From assembly GCA_964016885.1 (NCBI GenBank), contig OZ024741.1, positions 47,678,001 to 47,742,000 of the forward strand: 64,000 nucleotides of DNA. Reading direction: 5' to 3'. This DNA comes from Eledone cirrhosa. Its lineage: Eukaryota. Position numbers and translations under genes: made by a program. Below, one piece after another: positions 24,781 to 64,000 of this stretch (positions are counted from its first letter, which is position 1; each line of letters opens with the position of its first letter). The notes below the pieces were generated by a model, which saw nothing but the letters and a program-made list of their open reading frames with translations, was not told the DNA's origin and did not search any database.

Positions 24781-26052
24781 CAGAATTAAATGCTAGTGGA
24801 GAGGTGTAACAACATCTTTAGGGAAATTTTTTATTAAATAATATATATATATTCATAAATAACATTACATTGTTCACAATTCTTTCAGAATATCATTACA
24901 CATATAATGTTGATAAACACATAACAAATACAAGTTAACCATAGCTAGGAACCTCACAGAGACAACACCAAAATATATGACCAAACGGGCCATCAATTCA
25001 CCACCAAGTGTGACAATCGGCTGCCAGTCACAAAGGGCAATGGTATATTTTGAGGCAAACCAATACACTCGCAGCATTATCACAGGTAAGACTAAGGTGC
25101 TGAAACAACCAGGCATCACCTGACACCACAGTAAGGTGAGCTGCCAGCAACCCCCTTCCTCCCAAATTAACCTCCCCCATCTCAGCTCCTCTTAACACTG
25201 ATTCCTCTTTCCCCACCCAATCCATGCCAACATGGAAAGCCGGATGCACTTCCATAGATTATTGACAGTCCTTGCTTGCTCTCTCCCTCACTCCATGACC
25301 CAACATTTAATCCCACCCCCCACCCTGCGTTCTACATGCATAGGAATTACTGGGGTCTGCTCCATTGTATCCATATTTAAATTAATAGCTATACAAATAT
25401 AAAATTTAATTTGATTACTCCTTTTTGTTTTTTTATTTCGTTAGATTTATCCTTTACACAAAACAAGGGAAGCAACTCATACTTATACCATGCAACTTAA
25501 CTTAGTTATTTTAATTCTTCCCAAACGCAGCTCCATTTTTAGTTTAAATATGTACAACACAAGAATAATTGTTTCTACTTTTGGCCCAAGGGCAGCAATT
25601 ATCCCAGTATATGGTACTTTATTTTATCGACCCCCCCCCCCCCCCCCCCGTAAGGATGAAAGGCAAAATTAATCTCGGCGGGATTTGAACTGAGACCATA
25701 AAGGGTTGTAACTCTTTGCTGCAAAGCATGGCGTCCGACTCTCTACCGATACTGCCAATCCAACACACAAGAATAATTGTTTCTACTTTTGGCACAAGGC
25801 CAGTAATTATCCCAATGGTGCTTTATTTTATCGACCCTGTAAAGATGAAAGAGATCACTATTTCAAATCAACAATCTCTTAGATCTGAGCTGAGTCAGAC
25901 AAATATAAAATTTAAGCAGTGCCCCAGCATGGTCTCAGGATCTCGGCTGAAACATGTAATAGGGTAATAGAATAAAGTATACAATTAAGTTTCTTCTTAT
26001 TTAATATGGTATTACTATAATAGAAAATTTGAACATCTAAGGTTTAAATAAT

Positions 26053-27802
26053 AACTGCATAACACTAATTTTTTTAGCAAACACTAAAAAGGGTAAAGAC
26101 CCCCCTTCGGTCATGAGTTACCACAGGATTTACTCCTAGAAAGTTCCTCTCCGAGGCACAAGTCTGGGAAAGATTGTTTGTGGAAGACCACCAGTCCCCT
26201 CTCCATGCCACCAATGTTGTCCAAAGGAACGGCTAGCAAACACTACGTTAGGTGATATTGGTTAATTGTATAGTGTTCTTTATGAATATGAAATCTATTT
26301 TGCTCCATCATATCTATATTTTGATCTACAAGATATCTCACATATATTACTTTTACATAAAAAAATTTTAATATTGTGAACATTACATTTAATTTATTAA
26401 TGTACTAAACTCCAATTAATCACTGTTAAAATAACAATATACACTTAGAAAAAAAACCAACAAAAGTTACAGCATTGATTTCACTGTGAAGATCAGTAGC
26501 ATGGAATTCATGGTAAGTAAAGCCAGAAAAAGTCTGCCATCATGGAGGGATCAGCTTCGCTTTGGTATCTTGTTTCAACAGCTGTGATCAGTTGATGAAA
26601 CCTTTGACCATGCTCATCACTGATCTTGCTCAAGTCCAAAGGAAAGAAATCCAAGTGACTCTTTAAAAAGTGAATCTTCAAGGACATTTTCATACCCTGT
26701 GCATTGAATGAATTCAGAGGATCAGCTATGATTGCCTTGTAATTTGGGCTTCTGTTCTTTCCTAGAAAGTTTTCAACTGTCTTTAACATGGCATCATAAG
26801 CTCGTTGTTTAACTTCATTCAATGAATCCCTGAACATCTGATTCATCATCAATTTGCAAGTGTCTGGTCCAAAGAATACGCCTTCTTTAATCTTTACTTT
26901 GCTTATAATTGAGGAAAGATATCTTTCAACAATTTGATTGGTTGCCCCTCAGGGTCCAGTGACTTTGCAAAATGTTTGAAGATTACAAGTTTAATAAGTA
27001 GTTGGTGGTATCATAACTAGCCCAGATAAAACTAGTGGTATTTATTGAATGCTTTTATTCCCTGGTCTCCATTCATGACATGTTGGCCAATCCTGTCAAC
27101 TGTAGTGCTCACTTTGAGCCTAGCAGTCCCATAGGCACAAGAAACAGCAAAACTTTGTGTAGCCTTTTTGCATTCCAGTTAAAAAAACTTATAATCTTCA
27201 TGTCACCTCCAGCTTTTCATTTGAAATCATTATACCTGATGAATAAAAGTAACATCTTAATAGTGTTGTAAAACTATTTTACCATCCTTGAATAACCCAC
27301 TGGAATCCCTGAGTATTCACCCCCAACATACAAAAGTACTGTCTTTAAGCAGGAGACACTCCCATCAATGAATAACCATTAATCTGGCATTGACATTAGA
27401 GGAAATTCCCAGTGCCATCATCAAACCAGTAATGTTATTACAATAAACCAAACCTAGTTCATCATATGTTTTGAATTATTCAACAAATTTCTTATCTCAG
27501 TACTTGTATACTGTTGTTTTAGTTCCTTGAGCTATAGATATGACTTAATATGTGTTAATAATATGTGTTTACAGCTCATTAAAAGTTGTCACAAAAGAAA
27601 CTATCAAAGGCATACTTAAAAGACAATGAGGAACACATTATATTTCTGTAAATTTGGTATATAGGAAGTATCTTGTAGGTCAATATCTAGATGTGCTAGA
27701 ACAAAACTTACTTCATATTCAGAAAGAGCACCCTAAAATTAGCTAAAATCACTCTAATTATTTCTTGCTAAAGAATTTTTATTTTCATTTTGTCATGCAG
27801 TG
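26053..27802 (-). mobile_element. Chapaev/CMC-like DNA transposon remnant with long imperfect TIRs
   Basis: ORF 26508..26852 has MSLKIHFLKSHLDFFP...SDEHGQRFHQ...RYQ...MMADFFW; ends (a)ACTGCATAACA and TGTCATGCAGTG; ~130-bp subterminal inverted similarity. Confidence 0.75.
26087..26233 (-). mobile_element. 5'-truncated SINE inserted in the left TIR of the Chapaev-like element
   Basis: 12-bp TSD TAGCAAACACTA at 26075 and 26234; resembles the 3' half of the SINE at ~54017-54320. Confidence 0.7.
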
Positions 27803-28094
27803 CAATGTCTGTAAATAGTTGAGAATATGGGGAATAAAAAATAAAGATTGCTGAGGAATATTTGTTAATGTCTGTTCCAAACTTAGAGGTTCATCAAGTC
27901 AAAGTTTATCCTGATTTCATTGGTGTTACGCCATTGAGACTACATGACTCTCCACTGGATGGGACACCAGTCCACTATAGGGTTAATCCCTAGTGACTGC
28001 TGGTATTCATTTTCAGCTGAGTGGGCTGGAACAATCCATGCCATTATGACTGAGCCAAACGCCCTAACCACTAGGTCACACAACCTTACTAAGT

Positions 28095-28607
28095 ATCATC
28101 ATCATCATCATCATCATCAGGTTTAGCGTCCGTGTTCCACGCTTGCATGGGTTTGGACGGGGGTTTTCCCACTTGAGGCAAGAGTGGTTGTCTTGCTCGC
28201 ATAGGACTGTCTGGCGGGTTTTCTACAGTTGGATGCCCTTCCTAACACCAACCACATTTACAGTGTGGGGCTGGGAGGTTTCTACCGTGTTGCCTACACG
28301 GCCACATTACAGCGTGGACTGTCTGGCGGGTTTTCTACAGCTGGATGCCCTTCCTAACACCAACCACATTTACAGTGTGGGGCTGGGAGGTTTTTACCGT
28401 GTTGCCTACACGGCCACATTTACAGCGTGGACTGTGTGTTTTTTTGTCGTGACACCTACACGATCTCATTTGTTTCGGCCTGGATGTTGTGGGACCAACA
28501 TAACTTTACATTGAAAGGGGCGGTGTGGGTGGGGTGGAGGTGGTGGGACGGGGGTGTGTTTTGATAGAGATGCCTACTGACTGTAGTAGGTTTTTACTTT
28601 GTATTTA
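28095..28607 (-). mobile_element. RTE LINE 3'UTR-only insertion
   Basis: Nearly identical to 6135-6630, including the duplicated internal unit and (GAT)n tail. Confidence 0.9.
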
Positions 28608-28999
28608 TATTAGTAGTAAAGCTTAAATACATCAACAGTGAAATTACAGATTTATTAGTGGATTAGAATATTTGTTCTGACTCTTTGCACTCTTCAGTTC
28701 AACTTCACCTTTCATCCTTTTGTAGTGGATAGATAAATTACTGGTCAAGGGAATGTAGGTTAGTGGAATTGATAAAGAGCCAGATGGGATGACAGGGCAC
28801 TTAAAGTTGATGAAAACTTTGGATGAGGCAGCTCCAGGAAAACTTGGGGTAATGTGGCTAAGACTGACCTCACAAAGAAGATGACACAGGATTGAATTGA
28901 CTGGTGATATACCGGGGTACTGAGAAGTTACTGGTTTTGGGTAAATGAAAATACAGGAGGATCAGTTAATTATGATTTTATTTAACATATTCCCCTCTC

Positions 29000-29570
29000 A
29001 GATTCACACACTTATTGCAGCGGTCCTGCCTCTCCTTTCTTGATACCCTTAAGCCAAAAACTTTTCCCCATAGTTTGTCCTGTTACCTGAATGCCGGTCG
29101 CTTCGCCTGCCACAGTGCTAAACCTAGTAATTAAGCAGGCCCAAGCTGGGGAAAATATCCCCTCAGTTCTGGAGCCAGCTGGATTATCCAGAATTGATGG
29201 GAAGAGACCAGATGATCTTCCCCTTTGCCCCTGGTAAGAGGCAAATATCTCATCTGGGACGCCACAGTCAGTGGCTCTTTTGCTCCCTCCCACATCATTG
29301 ATGCCATGGTAAATGTGAGGCTCACTGCTTCTGAACGGAATGAAATCCTAAAATACAGGGAATTATCAAATAAGAATTTTATCCAGCCTGTGGCGTTTGA
29401 GATGTTTTGTGGAGCTGGGTTGTTGACAGTGAAGTTGTTATCTTTAGCAGCTGAACTTATTGAGGTGTCAGGTGATGCCCGTGAGGGTGCCTGGTTGTTT
29501 CAGCACCTTAACCTTAGCGCACTGTAATGCTGCGAATGTTTTGGCTTGCCTAAAAAATTGGTGGTGATTT
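29000..29570 (+). mobile_element. CRE-like non-LTR retrotransposon remnant (restriction-like endonuclease region)
   Basis: GKRPD...RGKYLIWDATV...KYRELS...FIQPVAFE...WLFQHL; short related tails at ~9480-9545, 25050-25150, 32700-32790. Confidence 0.7.
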
Positions 29571-30089
29571 GATTTTTTTTTTTCTTTCTAGCTTTGATCA
29601 TATACTTTTGAGCATTATGGTGGATTGGCAGTATCGGTAGAGCGTCGGACAATGTTGTACGGCATAGAGTTACGTCCCTTTACGTTCTGAGTTGATAATA
29701 TAAAGTACGAGTGGCGCACTAGGGTCGATTTAATCGACTTTCCCTTCACCCCGAAATTGTTGGCCTTGTGCCTAAATCACAAGCAATTATATTTGTGAGG
29801 TTCCTAACAATAATTAATTGTATACGGGGTCGATAAAATAAAGCACCAGTAATACACGGAATTAATTGCTGGCCTTGTGCCAAAAGTAGAAACAATTATT
29901 TGTGTTTATATTTTCATTCTGTAAGAAGTATTCAATTCTAAATAATTTCATAAGAAAATAAATATATATGATTTAATATAAGAAAAAAAGACGGTTCAAT
30001 CAACGAAAGAAAGGGAGAGAAGAAGGGACAGTCACTACACCCCATAATCTTCCCAAAATTAATCAAAGAAAAGTAAAGATATTGAAAAT

Positions 30090-30240
30090 ATCCACGGGTA
30101 ATCAGCTGGCCAATCAAAATAAAGATAAGACGATTCCATGCAGAGACATATGACTGACTTTAACCAATCAGAATTGTAAATACATATGAACCATTGCAGC
30201 GTGAGTTAGTTCAGTATCAACACGTAGTATATTAGTTAAA
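30090..30240 (+). promoter_or_regulatory. Probable PDCD6 proximal promoter with two CCAAT boxes
   Basis: GGCCAATCA (CCAAT at 30110) and AACCAATCAG (CCAAT at 30164) lie in unique sequence 190-245 nt upstream of the ATG; Inr-like TTAGTT/TCAGT motifs follow. Confidence 0.5.
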
Positions 30241-30354
30241 CACTGTTTAGTTTAAACTTCCAGCTTTAATTCTTAACTAACAACTAGGTATCAGCGCATA
30301 GTTTGTATTAGGTCAGTACTTTCAGTGTTAATATTAGAAGCTGACCCGTTGAAA

Positions 30355-64000
<33,646 letters not shown>

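Noticed and set aside
30092-30114. ER-stress element (CCACG plus CCAAT)
   Set aside because: Order and spacing do not match ERSE (CCAAT-N9-CCACG) or ERSE-II.

Overview
AT-rich, repeat-dense animal genomic DNA. The SINE/RTE/MITE content suggests a coleoid cephalopod (octopus-like); this is inferred, not verified. Two intron-rich housekeeping genes lie on the + strand. The first is the 3' part of ATP-citrate lyase (ACLY), with 16 exons from 550 to the stop at 21886. The second is PDCD6/ALG-2, a penta-EF-hand protein, from the ATG at 30355 to the window end. Main finding: PDCD6 carries two intact, diverged 62-nt copies of the EF-hand-1 exon (42718-42779 and 52221-52282). They can only be used mutually exclusively, because including both or skipping both gives a premature stop. 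The first copy is preceded by a 168-nt AG-exclusion zone. Second finding: a Penelope-like (probably Naiad-type) GIY-YIG retroelement in an ACLY intron has ~640-bp inverted terminal arms that contain a candidate long-stem-II hammerhead ribozyme. Several small (TA)n-embedded fold-back elements are centred on hammerhead remnants. The remainder consists of RTE LINEs (with a PHD-like finger), CRE-like remnants, tRNA-derived SINEs, Chapaev-like, mariner, hAT and piggyBac-like DNA-transposon remnants, and mini/microsatellites. All calls were made by eye with no database search.
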